Below, piece after piece: positions 29,036 through 38,721 of a DNA stretch of 64,000 nt. The translations under genes were made by a program, and so were the position numbers. This stretch comes from an uncultured Dehalococcoidales bacterium (GTDB taxonomy: Bacteria; Chloroflexota; Dehalococcoidia; GIF9; AB-539-J10), in the NCBI GenBank assembly GCA_964394145.1, contig CAYMVL010000034.1:58660-122659 (forward strand), written 5' to 3'. Within the stretch, counting starts at the first letter, position 1. Every line of letters begins with the position of its first letter. The notes under the pieces are model-generated. The model was given only the letters and a program-made list of their open reading frames with translations. It had not been told where the DNA came from and did not search any database.

Positions 29036-30235
29036 TTAGGATGTATACTCGCTGTTTATCCTAACATATTCCTCAGAGAGGTCGCAGCCCCAAGCAGTGG
29101 CTTTGCCCTTTCCTGAATTGAGACATACCCTAATAAGTACAGTGTCACTGCTGCTCAAACTCACTATCATCTTATCTTTACTGAACAAGGCGGGTACACC
29201 CTGCTTCATAACGCAGGTACCATTTAAATATACATCTAGCCTGTCTTCTATTACCTTGGCTCGGCTCCGTCCTATAGCCGCAACAATACGTCCCCAGTTG
29301 GGGTCACTGCCATGTATAGCGGTCTTGACTAGCGGTGAACTGGCAATGGTTCGGGCTGCCAGGCAAGCTTCCGCTTGCTTGAATGCTCCCTCGACGCTAA
29401 CCTCAATGAGCTTAGTTGCCCCTTCGCCATCCTGAGCTATAGACTTGGCCAGCTGGATACAAACCTGGTTCAAGGCTTCCTGGAAGGCAGCACCATTGCC
29501 AGAATGGATCGGGGGGTTAGCAGCCAAGCCATTAGCCAGCAAGAATACGGAATCGCTGGGGCTGGTATCCCCATCAATGCTAATCATATTAAAGGAAAGA
29601 TCCGCTGCTTGCTTGAGGGCGGAGTGCAGAAATAGCGCATCTACCGAAGCATCCGTCGCTATGAAGCAAAGCATTGTAGCTAGGTTAGGATGTATCATAC
29701 CGGATCCTTTTGCTATCCCGGCGATAGAGAATCCAGCTCCGCCGTCACCAACGTGAACGGCTGTCTCTTTAGATTTAGTATCTGTGGTCATCATCGCCTT
29801 GGCAAGGCTGTGACCGTCTCTGCGGCTCAGCTCCATTTTCCGGATTCCGGCCCTTATACGATCCATAGGTAGTGGCACCCCAATTACACCGGTGCTAGCC
29901 ACAAGGACTTCCTCCGCAGATATGCCCAGCTTGGATGCTGTCAGGCTTGCCATTTCCAAAGCATCTGCTAGACCCTGCTGTCCCACACAAGCATTAGCAC
30001 AACCTGAGTTTACCACAATTGCCTGCGCCCGGTTCATGGCTAAATGTCTCCGGGATAGGATAACAGGAGCTGACTTGATCTGATTGCTGGTGAAGACGCC
30101 AGCGGCAGTGCAGGGCAGTTCGGAGTAGAGAATGCCCAGGTCAAGCTCGCCATTGGTTTTCATACCAGCGTTAACCGCTCCAGCCATAAAGCCCGCGACC
30201 GAAGTAATGGTGGCGGAAGGGATGAACTTGAACAT
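29036..30235 (-). CDS. argJ: Bifunctional ornithine acetyltransferase / N-acetylglutamate synthase ArgJ
   Basis: 399 aa. Autocatalytic ATML-type site (LATMLCFIATDA). Confidence 0.9.
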   Translation of the reverse strand: MFKFIPSATITSVAGFMAGAVNAGMKTNGELDLGILYSELPCTAAGVFTSNQIKSAPVILSRRHLAMNRAQAIVVNSGCANACVGQQGLADALEMASLTASKLGISAEEVLVASTGVIGVPLPMDRIRAGIRKMELSRRDGHSLAKAMMTTDTKSKETAVHVGDGGAGFSIAGIAKGSGMIHPNLATMLCFIATDASVDALFLHSALKQAADLSFNMISIDGDTSPSDSVFLLANGLAANPPIHSGNGAAFQEALNQVCIQLAKSIAQDGEGATKLIEVSVEGAFKQAEACLAARTIASSPLVKTAIHGSDPNWGRIVAAIGRSRAKVIEDRLDVYLNGTCVMKQGVPALFSKDKMIVSLSSSDTVLIRVCLNSGKGKATAWGCDLSEEYVRINSEYTS

Positions 30236-30770
30236 GTAAACAAATATAGCAAGAAATCGGGCCAGCGTCTACGCGGAGGCTGAGATGGGAAAGAGTACAA
30301 TTTCAATCTCCCATGCTAATCGCCTGGCTGTCTTGCCCTGATAGAGTATACTAAAAGCGAACTTACCAGAACCCATAGACCAGCGTTATCTATACGGTCA
30401 GCCAGCATATGTTAACTGTGCCAGTTTCAATACGAGCTTCTTTATACCCTCGCCCAGAGTATTGTGAGGCCTTTATCCTTGATGGCCATGTGCCAATGCT
30501 TGGGCGCCCTCCTTTCTATATGGCGGAAGGGTCCTTCTTACATCATGCAGGGAGAGGTCAAATAACTCAGCCAGTTCTATCCCAATTATCTGCCGCACCT
30601 CCATCTGGTTTAACACCAACAACCTCCCCTGTTCTTTCCTGTTCAATGTCACCATCTCCTTCAAAGGGTGACATTTTCTCAGAACATTTAAGGGTGACAT
30701 AATCATAGAAGATCTGCAAGAGCCCGTAACTAGTTGACAATGGCTGTCTCGTTGCGTTAATATTTGTGCC

Positions 30771-31562
30771 TTGGTGGAAACAATTTCCAATCATAGAGCT
30801 ACGCTGGCTGAATTAGGCGCGGGTTTTCTGTTAACTGTACCTCAACGTGATAGAGTAAAGGCACAAACGGAAATCTACAAGTTTATCCGCTGGTTTGGCT
30901 TGCATAGAAATGCGGATGAGCTTAGTCCTGTTGATGTGGGCAGTTATGGTGAACTGATCAGCCCGTCCGCAGTAAAACTGCTCAAGTCTTTCCTCGCTTA
31001 CATGTGTAAGAAGGGATTCACCAGAGCGAATTTATCTCCTCATCTAAGAGCGAAAAGGCCATCAGCTAACTTAACCGCTTTACAGCCGAGGCCCCGGGGC
31101 CAGACTACTTTAACTGCGGAGGGTTACGCTGAGATGGAATCGGAGCTGGCTAATTTGAAAAATCAGCGTGCCAGTGTTATTGAGGAGGTGCGAAGAGCTG
31201 CTGCTGATAAAGATTTTCGGGAAAATGCTCCGCTGCAAGCGGCTAGAGAACAAAAGTCGCATTTGGAAGGCAGAATTGAGGAACTGGAAGCAACCCTAAA
31301 ACTGGCGAAAATCGTTGATGGTAGCCAGTCCACAGTACGGATAAAAATTGGAGATACAGTAGTCCTTAGCGAGTTGTCATGCCACCAGGAGTCCAGCTAT
31401 ACTCTAGTTGATCCGCGGGAGGCGAATCCGACTAAGGGCAGAATTTCTGTTGCTTCACCCCTGGGCAAGGTACTTCTAGACAAAGAAAAGGGGCAAGTAG
31501 TTGAAGTTGCTGCTCCCGCCGGCGTTTTCAGCTACAGTATTGAAGACATTCACCAAGGATAG
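30771..31562 (+). CDS. greA: GreA/GreB-family transcription elongation factor with an N-terminal extension of about 105 aa
   Basis: C-terminal 155 aa (LTAEGYAEMESELANLKNQ... coiled coil, then FKBP-like IGDTVVL...) match GreA. The N-terminal 105 aa are unrelated. Confidence 0.7.
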   Translation: MVETISNHRATLAELGAGFLLTVPQRDRVKAQTEIYKFIRWFGLHRNADELSPVDVGSYGELISPSAVKLLKSFLAYMCKKGFTRANLSPHLRAKRPSANLTALQPRPRGQTTLTAEGYAEMESELANLKNQRASVIEEVRRAAADKDFRENAPLQAAREQKSHLEGRIEELEATLKLAKIVDGSQSTVRIKIGDTVVLSELSCHQESSYTLVDPREANPTKGRISVASPLGKVLLDKEKGQVVEVAAPAGVFSYSIEDIHQG

Positions 31563-32085
31563 CACGGCGAAACGAAACACAAAACATGACTCTTAAGGCC
31601 AGTGCGGGTCCATAATGTCAGCACCCCTCGATAGTCGTCGGCCCCCCGTAAATGTCCTAACCTGGCAATGACGATAATCTTTACAAATTCTGATCCTTAT
31701 CCATGAGCCGGTTTTTAGATCTTCTGGGACGTGTGACTTAAGGCGGGGTGTAGAGCTTGGTCCTATCTTCGGACATTGGAGATGCCATCTACAGCCAGTT
31801 CCCCAGCTGGCCACCAGTCTTGATAAGGAAGAAGCGACTCATTCGATTCGACTGATATGCCTTTTCCTCACTTCAGGAGTACAGTGTGCTGCTTTCTACG
31901 CTTAGCTCTAATACGCGGCACTAAACTGCCCGAGCCAGAAGCGGTGTAATTAGGCTGCACGAAAGGAACCATGACCTCAGTCGTATGTCTGTGCTGAAGT
32001 GCAATGAGCGTACTGCATGCCAGCAAGGCAGGAGACCAGGTTTGGGATGTAGCCGAGTATTGAGGCTAAAGACGTGGACTCAGAG

Positions 32086-33483
32086 TTATCCCTTGAGATA
32101 AGCGTCTATAGCGGCGGCGGAACGCTTCCCGGCACCCATAGCCTCGATCACCGTGGCTGCTCCCGTGGTTATATCCCCTCCGGCCCAGACCTTGTCCCTG
32201 GAAGTGTGCCCTGTAGCCGGATCTGCTACTATAGTGCCGTGTTTGGTGAGTTCCAGACCCGGTGTTGTCGAGGGCAGAAGCTTATTAGGCACAGTGCCCA
32301 GGGCTGACACAATGGTATCGAATTCCATAGTGAACTCGCTCCCCGGAATAGCTACGGGGCGGCGCCTGCCGCTGGCATCGGGCTCGCCAAGCTGCATCTT
32401 CAGGCACTCTATTCCTTCTACCCAGCCCCGCTGATTACCAAGAAATTGTTTGGGGTTCGTCAAGAGATGGAAGATAGCCCCTTCTTCCTTGGCATTTTCC
32501 AGTTCCTCCGCTCTTGCTGTCATCTCTGCTTCAGTCCGTCGATAGATGACGTGAACCTCCGCGCCAAATCTGATAGCCCATCTAACGCAATCCATGGCTA
32601 CATTGCCGGCTCCGACTATTGCGACCTTCTTCCCTACCTTAATAGGTGTGTCATATTCAGGGAAGAGATAAGCTTTCATCAAGTTTATCCTGGTTAGGAA
32701 TTCGTTAGCAGAGTAGATTCCTCCGAGATTCTCGCCGGGAGCATTCATGAACTGGGGAGCCCCCGCTCCGATTGCCAGAAATACAGCATGATATCCGTTG
32801 CTCAGCAATTCATCCACCGTGGTTACTTTGCCAATTACCATATCAAGCTTGGTCTCCACGCCCAGCGACCCTACAAAGTTGAGCTCAGCTTCCACAATTC
32901 GCTTGGGCAATCTGAATTCTGGTATGCCATACATAAGCACACCGCCTGCTACATGTAGGGCTTCGAGCATGGTAACCTGATGGCCCTTCTTTACCAGGTC
33001 AGCAGCACAAGCAAGCCCGGCTGGCCCTGAGCCAACAATTGCTACCTTCTTGCCTGTGGGCTTTGGGAGTTCTACCTTGAATACGCCGGATTCCTCCGGG
33101 TTCTCTCTGGCCCAGTCGGCGACGAACCTCTCCAATCTTCCTATAGCCACAGGTGCACCCAGCTTGGCCATAACACATTTCTTTTCACACTGGTCCTCTT
33201 GGGGGCAAACTCGGCCGCAAATTGCCGGAAGGCTGCTGGTACTGTAGATAACCTTTGCTGCTCGAGGCAGGTCCTCCTCTTGTAGCGCTTTAATGAAAGC
33301 GGGAATGTTCACGTTGACTGGACAGCCTGTTATACAGGGTGCTTTTGGAGCTTGGATGCAACGCTTCGCTTCAGCGATGGCTTGTTCGTAAGTATAACCT
33401 AGGGCTACCTCATTGAAGTTCTTGATACGGTCCTTTACTTCTTGCTTGGGTATCGGCACCCGGTTTACGTTAGCTTTTCCCAT
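32086..33483 (-). CDS. nfnB: NADH-dependent reduced ferredoxin:NADP+ oxidoreductase subunit B (GltD-like; NfnB/SudA)
   Basis: 2x Cys clusters plus FAD/NAD folds (VAIVGSGPAGLACA). 465 aa. Confidence 0.8.
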   Translation of the reverse strand: MGKANVNRVPIPKQEVKDRIKNFNEVALGYTYEQAIAEAKRCIQAPKAPCITGCPVNVNIPAFIKALQEEDLPRAAKVIYSTSSLPAICGRVCPQEDQCEKKCVMAKLGAPVAIGRLERFVADWARENPEESGVFKVELPKPTGKKVAIVGSGPAGLACAADLVKKGHQVTMLEALHVAGGVLMYGIPEFRLPKRIVEAELNFVGSLGVETKLDMVIGKVTTVDELLSNGYHAVFLAIGAGAPQFMNAPGENLGGIYSANEFLTRINLMKAYLFPEYDTPIKVGKKVAIVGAGNVAMDCVRWAIRFGAEVHVIYRRTEAEMTARAEELENAKEEGAIFHLLTNPKQFLGNQRGWVEGIECLKMQLGEPDASGRRRPVAIPGSEFTMEFDTIVSALGTVPNKLLPSTTPGLELTKHGTIVADPATGHTSRDKVWAGGDITTGAATVIEAMGAGKRSAAAIDAYLKG

Positions 33484-33495
33484 ATATCTCTCCTT

Positions 33496-34356
33496 CTAGC
33501 TGGCGCTAGCCTTTATCTTATTTTCTTGCTTGTGAGCACTCTTCAGATAAAGCTCCTTGGATAGAGCTTCCTCTTCCAAGAAGCGATTATTTCTGGCCAT
33601 AACCAGGTCAAAATTCACCAAGTGTGCGTCGAACATGGGGCCATCAACGCATGCAAACTTGGTCTCACCACCCACCTCCAGCCTGCACGAACCACACATA
33701 CCGGTTCCGTCAACCATGATCATACGCATTGTGACCATTGTAGGTATATTGTAGGCCCTGGTCAGCTCAGCTAGCTTGATGTAGGTTCCAAGGATCCCTC
33801 CTGCAAATACGGCATCCACCTTCCTATCTTCCAGCAACTCTTTTAATACGTCGAGGTAGGTCCCCTTCCTGCCATAAGAACCATCTATCGTCGTTATGTA
33901 GTATTCATCACTGACAGATCTCAGTTCATCCTCTAGATATACCATATCCTTGGATGGGAATGTTTGTATCGAAATTACATGGTTCCCTTTCTCGCGCAAC
34001 TCCTTGCATGCTGCGTAGTTCTCGGCATGCCCGCAGACCAGGTCTGAAGCAAAAACTACATTCCCGTAGAGTTTTGACTCGACAGGAGTCCCCAGAGGAC
34101 CAATCACATTCTCCAATGTATCACCAGCTTTGAGAGTATCAAGCTCCATGCTTGTCTTTCCCAGCTTCTTGATGAACATTGTGATTGTGTCTCCATCTGT
34201 CTTCTGCACGGACATTGGAATCCTCTCTCCCTTTTGGTGCACACGGAAAACCACAAAGTTTCCTGCTTTAAATTTCTTGGCCACCAAAGGCGCCCTCACC
34301 GTTATCGCGTAGTCCTCTGAATTGAGATCCCTTTTGTCTACAATCTCATAACTCAT
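33496..34356 (-). CDS. nfnA: NfnA / PyrK-like ferredoxin-NADP+ reductase subunit (start placed at the internal ATG MSYEIV...; the listed ORF extends to a TTG at 34425)
   Basis: FAD-binding RIPMS, 2Fe-2S CGSCRL...C motifs. AAGGAG RBS 6 nt upstream of the internal ATG. Confidence 0.8.
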   Translation of the reverse strand: MSYEIVDKRDLNSEDYAITVRAPLVAKKFKAGNFVVFRVHQKGERIPMSVQKTDGDTITMFIKKLGKTSMELDTLKAGDTLENVIGPLGTPVESKLYGNVVFASDLVCGHAENYAACKELREKGNHVISIQTFPSKDMVYLEDELRSVSDEYYITTIDGSYGRKGTYLDVLKELLEDRKVDAVFAGGILGTYIKLAELTRAYNIPTMVTMRMIMVDGTGMCGSCRLEVGGETKFACVDGPMFDAHLVNFDLVMARNNRFLEEEALSKELYLKSAHKQENKIKASAS

Positions 34357-35915
34357 ATACTGCTCCTTTTCTATAACTACATACTTAATTGCACTAAGAC
34401 TCTTTGCAGAGCTTACCAGCTTCAATAGTCATTAGTTAGCTTATATCCTCTAATTTTGCGTCCGTATATGTTATCAAATAATTATTGGTGCTTTCAAGTC
34501 TTCAAGGTCCTCTTGTGCGTCTGCCCGCAACCATTTCTAATCCTCCCTTCATGCCCAAGGATGAATCTTGCACCTTCATCAGCACTGAGACCTATAAAGA
34601 AGCCAAGCTCTAATCTATCATTACCCAGTACGATCACTATTGCTCGGAGACGTCTCATAGATGAAAACGGGAAACACCCCTAAGTCGACTTCGGGGGTCT
34701 ATGGCCTTTATCTGTTTCTGCTTTCATTCTGTATTATCTAACACTCTTCCTTGAAGTATACCTTCCAGTAGCCTAACTTGTCTTTCTCACGATGTGCTTT
34801 GTTCATATTCTATCTTGGCCACAATTTTGCTTCATTGCCTTTTGCCTGAGCGCAAGGTCTTCGGGTTGTCTGTGCTAGAGGATAATAAACTGAAATCCAA
34901 CTACTCCGCCCGACATGGTCTATCCTCTATCAGTCAAGGCTGGATTCGAAACAATGACGGCTTGGCGTTTCGTAAAACTCTTCAGGCCCTTTGTTGATGG
35001 ACAACTTCTCCATGGGGCAAATCCCTTCACCTTCACGATTCTGAATGTAAGGTGCGATTCTGATGAAGTGATATTCAACCTCATAGTGAGCCAGCGTCTT
35101 AACTGCAAGCTGGCTAAGCAAAGGGCTGTAGACTTCTTTGCAATGAGCCTTCAGTGATAGCAGGGCAGCGGCATTAGCCGCAACCTTATCAAATACTGTA
35201 ATCCCATGATGCGATTAAGCAGCACTATCAATGTAATCAAGCAAGGGCTGTACGGCTAGTTCTTTGATGAAAAGAGCAATCTGTCTCCATCATATAAGCG
35301 AAGGCTGTCAGCGCTTATTAGAAATCCTTAAATAGAGAACGATTCATCAGAGTCCTTCATACGGCACGAGTGGATACCCTAGTGGCCTATTCCATAAAGG
35401 CAATGGTAACGTGAGATTTCAGGTTCACCAGTTTTGGTCGAGTATCATAAGCCATGGGCGATTCCGAAGCATCGCGGGCTCCCCCAAGCGAGGTTGGTGA
35501 GAGCCCAAAGTGACTTATTTGTTTGGTGTACTACTCTGATCCCCTGAAGTGGCTCTGTGGGAACAGTACTATCTCCATACTTTACCCTTAAGACACTATA
35601 TAATGTCTATACTACCCCTGTTGTCCCTGTTTCAGCTGGCTTAAGATAGCCTATTGAGTCTACCCTTCAAGCCAATTCCATTAACACGTAGGAGCCGCCC
35701 AAATATCCTGCCAAATTGTTTCAGGAGCACACAATGCTAAGAAAATACCGAATTAGCTTGCCTAGCTTTACCAAGTGATGGGAAATTCAACTAGACAGAG
35801 GAACTGAAGGATGCCGGCATTATCAACTATATCGGGGAATGCGTTAGGTCAATTGATCATAACCAGCCACTATCGCTGGCAACTAGACAGAAAAGTACCC
35901 TTCTTACTAAGTGAA

Positions 35916-36122
35916 TCACTCCTCAAGAAGAAAAGTGATCTTCATCTGGACTCGGTACTCGGATATTTTCCCCGTGTCATCGAGTAGTATTTCCTGATTC
36001 CAAATCCACGCAGATTTGACATTCTTAAGAGTTTTTTGGGCACGAGCAATTCCTTTTTTCATTGCGTCATCGAAGCTGATTGGAGAGGATGATTTGACCT
36101 CAGTAGATCTTGAAATAGTCAT
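35916..36122 (-). CDS. Dodecin family flavin-binding protein
   Basis: 68 aa; pattern ...SFDDAMKKGIARAQKTLKNV...YRVQMKITFLLEE resembles dodecin. Confidence 0.6.
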   Translation of the reverse strand: MTISRSTEVKSSSPISFDDAMKKGIARAQKTLKNVKSAWIWNQEILLDDTGKISEYRVQMKITFLLEE

Positions 36123-36592
36123 TGGCGTCTCCTTCCGATATTTATTTGACTGGATTTTGTGTTGTAAAATCCAACAAGCATAATTATAGCACTTCCGTAT
36201 ATGGTTTAGTAGACAAACTAGTTACTGCTTTTACGCCAATAGGTGTGAAACCGTGGTCTTGAAGCCTGGGTTAGCTACCAATATTGTCAGCCAGAAGTTG
36301 TCCATGCTCCGGTAGTTATAAGCTATCCTCTTTATAATTCTGATCCTGTTGTTCTTACCCTGGCAAATCGGTTGTCGAGCATACGTTCCGGCCTACTCGT
36401 CCTCCATTAGTCATGCTTCATCGTCTATCACTACCACGTTCGCCACAAAGCTGTTAGCCTCATTCTGAAAACATAGATGATAGAGCGTAGTCATAATAGG
36501 GTGATGGAGGTGGGCTATCCCGCTACCTTGAACAAACACTCTTTCCACCAGCAATTTGAAACAATCTGTGACTCCATTATAATTACTTATGT

Positions 36593-37159
36593 ATGATGGA
36601 TAAGGAAATAATAACGGCGATTGCCCTGGGAATTGGCTTAGCCGCCAGTTGTGGCTTCAGAGTGTTTGTGCCATTGCTGGTAGCTAGCGTTGCTGCACAT
36701 CTGGGAGTCTTCCCTGCTCAGGAGGGGTTCCTCTGGCTGGCCGGCTGGCCTGCGATAATATCCTTCGGCACGGCTACGGTTTTCGAAATAGTGGCGTATT
36801 ATATCCCCGTTATGGACAATCTGCTGGATAGTATCAGCACACCTCTGGCTGTCGGCGCGGGTACTTTGCTTCTGACTTCCGTTCTTCCCATCGATAATGA
36901 GATGCTCAAATGGGTTAGTGGGTTTATCGTCGGTGGAGGTATAGCTGCAACAGTCCAAGGCGGCACCGTTTTGGCAAGGCTTGCTTCTACAAGCTTAACT
37001 GCGGGAACAGGGAATCCCTTAGTAGCCACAGGGGAACACGCTGCAGCTTTTACTACTTCACTGCTGTCGCTGGTCATTCCGTTTGTGGTTGTCACTGTTC
37101 TGGTGGTGCTCATCATTTTCATTGTCCTTAAATTCAGAAAACGACTCAGGAACCGCTGA
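36593..37159 (+). CDS. DUF4126-like integral membrane protein
   Basis: 188 aa; 4-5 TM helices, basic C-terminal tail KFRKRLRNR. Confidence 0.5.
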   Translation: MMDKEIITAIALGIGLAASCGFRVFVPLLVASVAAHLGVFPAQEGFLWLAGWPAIISFGTATVFEIVAYYIPVMDNLLDSISTPLAVGAGTLLLTSVLPIDNEMLKWVSGFIVGGGIAATVQGGTVLARLASTSLTAGTGNPLVATGEHAAAFTTSLLSLVIPFVVVTVLVVLIIFIVLKFRKRLRNR

Positions 37160-37349
37160 CGATGCACAACGATGAGCATTGGTTACCGACGTTTGATAGG
37201 ACAATGGCGGAAGGAATATAATCAGGTATGTTGACATAGTGCGAAGAATGACCAAGCACTAGCACCTGAGACGATATCGACTGTGCAAGAACTGGTATAG
37301 ACGTCAAAGGTTGCCTGAGATCACAAGATTAGTTCTAGAGGGGTATGAG

Positions 37350-38624
37350 ATGAGAAAGTCAGCATTACTTGTGTTGAAATTGGCGATGTTGGTCGGGCTA
37401 GTATGTTGTAGTCAGGTAGTGTCAAATCAGTTGATAAAGTCGAAAAAACAGCGAAATGCCTGGCCAGCAGCAAATGAAACTGACCTTGCAATGCTGGTTG
37501 CTGGTAATAGTGACTTTGCTTTCGACCTATATAGGACAATACGGCAAACGGGAACTAACCTGTTCTTCTCACCGTACAGTATATCGGAAGCGCTGGCAAT
37601 GGCTTATGCTGGTGCTCGTGGTGATACCGAGAAAGCTATGGTTGAAACTCTTAACTTCAACCTATCACCCGATTGCCTGCACCCGGCATTTAATAGCCTT
37701 GACCTTAGGTTCAAGGAGCGTGGTAAAGGAGCAAAAGGTAAGGACAAAGATGGTTTTAGACTGCATATAGTCAACGCCATCTGGGGACAAAAGGGCTATG
37801 ATTTTCTGGAGGGATTTCTCGACGTTCTTGCCCAGAACTATGGTGCAGGGTTGAGGGTACTGGACTTCATAAATGACACGGAGGAGTCACGGGTCGCTAT
37901 TAACAAATGGGTTAGCGACCAGACTGAGGGAAGAATCAATGGACTGGTTCCAAAGGGGGCGATAGACCCGCTAACACGACTCGTCTTAACCAATGCTGTC
38001 TACTTTAATGCAGCTTGGGAATCCCCCTTCAGTAAGAATTTGACTTCTGACGATACCTTCCATCTAATGGGTGATATTGATATCACTGTTCCCATGATAC
38101 GGCAAACCAAATCCTTCCGCTATACCGAAGGTGATGTTTATGAAGCTATTGAATTACCGTATGATGGGCATGAACTCTCCATGCTTATCCTGCTACCCAA
38201 AGCTGGGCAATTCGATGCCTTCGAAGAACTCTTGAACACGGAGCTTGTTAGGGCAATCACTGGCAAGTTAGAGTTGAATGAAGTGGCGCTGACAATGCCA
38301 AAATTTGAATATGAGTCCAATTTCGGCTTAAAAGAAGCACTCAGGAGGCTCGGCATGAGAGTGGCTTTTGAAGGGGGGGCTGATTTCTCAGGGATGAACG
38401 GTAATCGCGACCTGTTGATACAGGATGTCCTGCATAAAGCTTTTGTCTCCGTAGATGAAGCTGGCACCAAGGCAGCTGCGGCTACCGCAGTGATAATGGG
38501 GATGAAATTTATGCGCGCACTCGCGATCGAACTCAAGGTTGACCGCCCGTTCATCTTCCTTATCCGGGACATACCAACTGATAGCATAATATTTCTGGGA
38601 CGTCTTCTTAATCCGGCAAAATAG
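37350..38624 (+). CDS. Secreted serpin (serine protease inhibitor family) with N-terminal signal peptide; predicted P1 = Lys
   Basis: Signal peptide MRKSALLVLKLAMLVGLVCC preceded by GAGGGG RBS. Serpin core motifs NAVYFNAAWESPF, hinge EAGTKAAAATAV, and FKVDRPFIFLIRD. Confidence 0.85.
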   Translation: MRKSALLVLKLAMLVGLVCCSQVVSNQLIKSKKQRNAWPAANETDLAMLVAGNSDFAFDLYRTIRQTGTNLFFSPYSISEALAMAYAGARGDTEKAMVETLNFNLSPDCLHPAFNSLDLRFKERGKGAKGKDKDGFRLHIVNAIWGQKGYDFLEGFLDVLAQNYGAGLRVLDFINDTEESRVAINKWVSDQTEGRINGLVPKGAIDPLTRLVLTNAVYFNAAWESPFSKNLTSDDTFHLMGDIDITVPMIRQTKSFRYTEGDVYEAIELPYDGHELSMLILLPKAGQFDAFEELLNTELVRAITGKLELNEVALTMPKFEYESNFGLKEALRRLGMRVAFEGGADFSGMNGNRDLLIQDVLHKAFVSVDEAGTKAAAATAVIMGMKFMRALAIELKVDRPFIFLIRDIPTDSIIFLGRLLNPAK

Positions 38625-38663
38625 GGCACAATTCACTCATGAGGTCTCAAAATGAAAATCTGA

Positions 38664-38700
38664 ATATGGAGTGGTTGTATCCGAGTCACTCCATATGATC
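38664..38700. terminator. Hairpin between convergent serpin and C11-peptidase genes (possible bidirectional terminator)
   Basis: ATGGAGTG-(13 nt)-CACTCCAT inverted repeat sits between the two stop codons. Confidence 0.3.
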
Positions 38701-38721
38701 TTAATCGTCGGCTGGCCGTAT

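Noticed and set aside
31730-31810. tRNA-like stretch GGGGTGTAGAGCTTGG... in the greA-nfnB intergenic region
   Set aside because: It has a D-loop-like start. But there is no GTTC-Pu-A-NYC T-loop, no acceptor-stem complementarity and no CCA context. It does not fold as a cloverleaf by inspection.
34900-35300. Possible IS110 C-terminal or tyrosine-recombinase fragment on the minus strand (LSQLAVKTLAHYEVEYHFIRIAPY...)
   Set aside because: No diagnostic motif could be aligned. The resemblance is too vague. I left it as part of the unexplained ORF-poor region.
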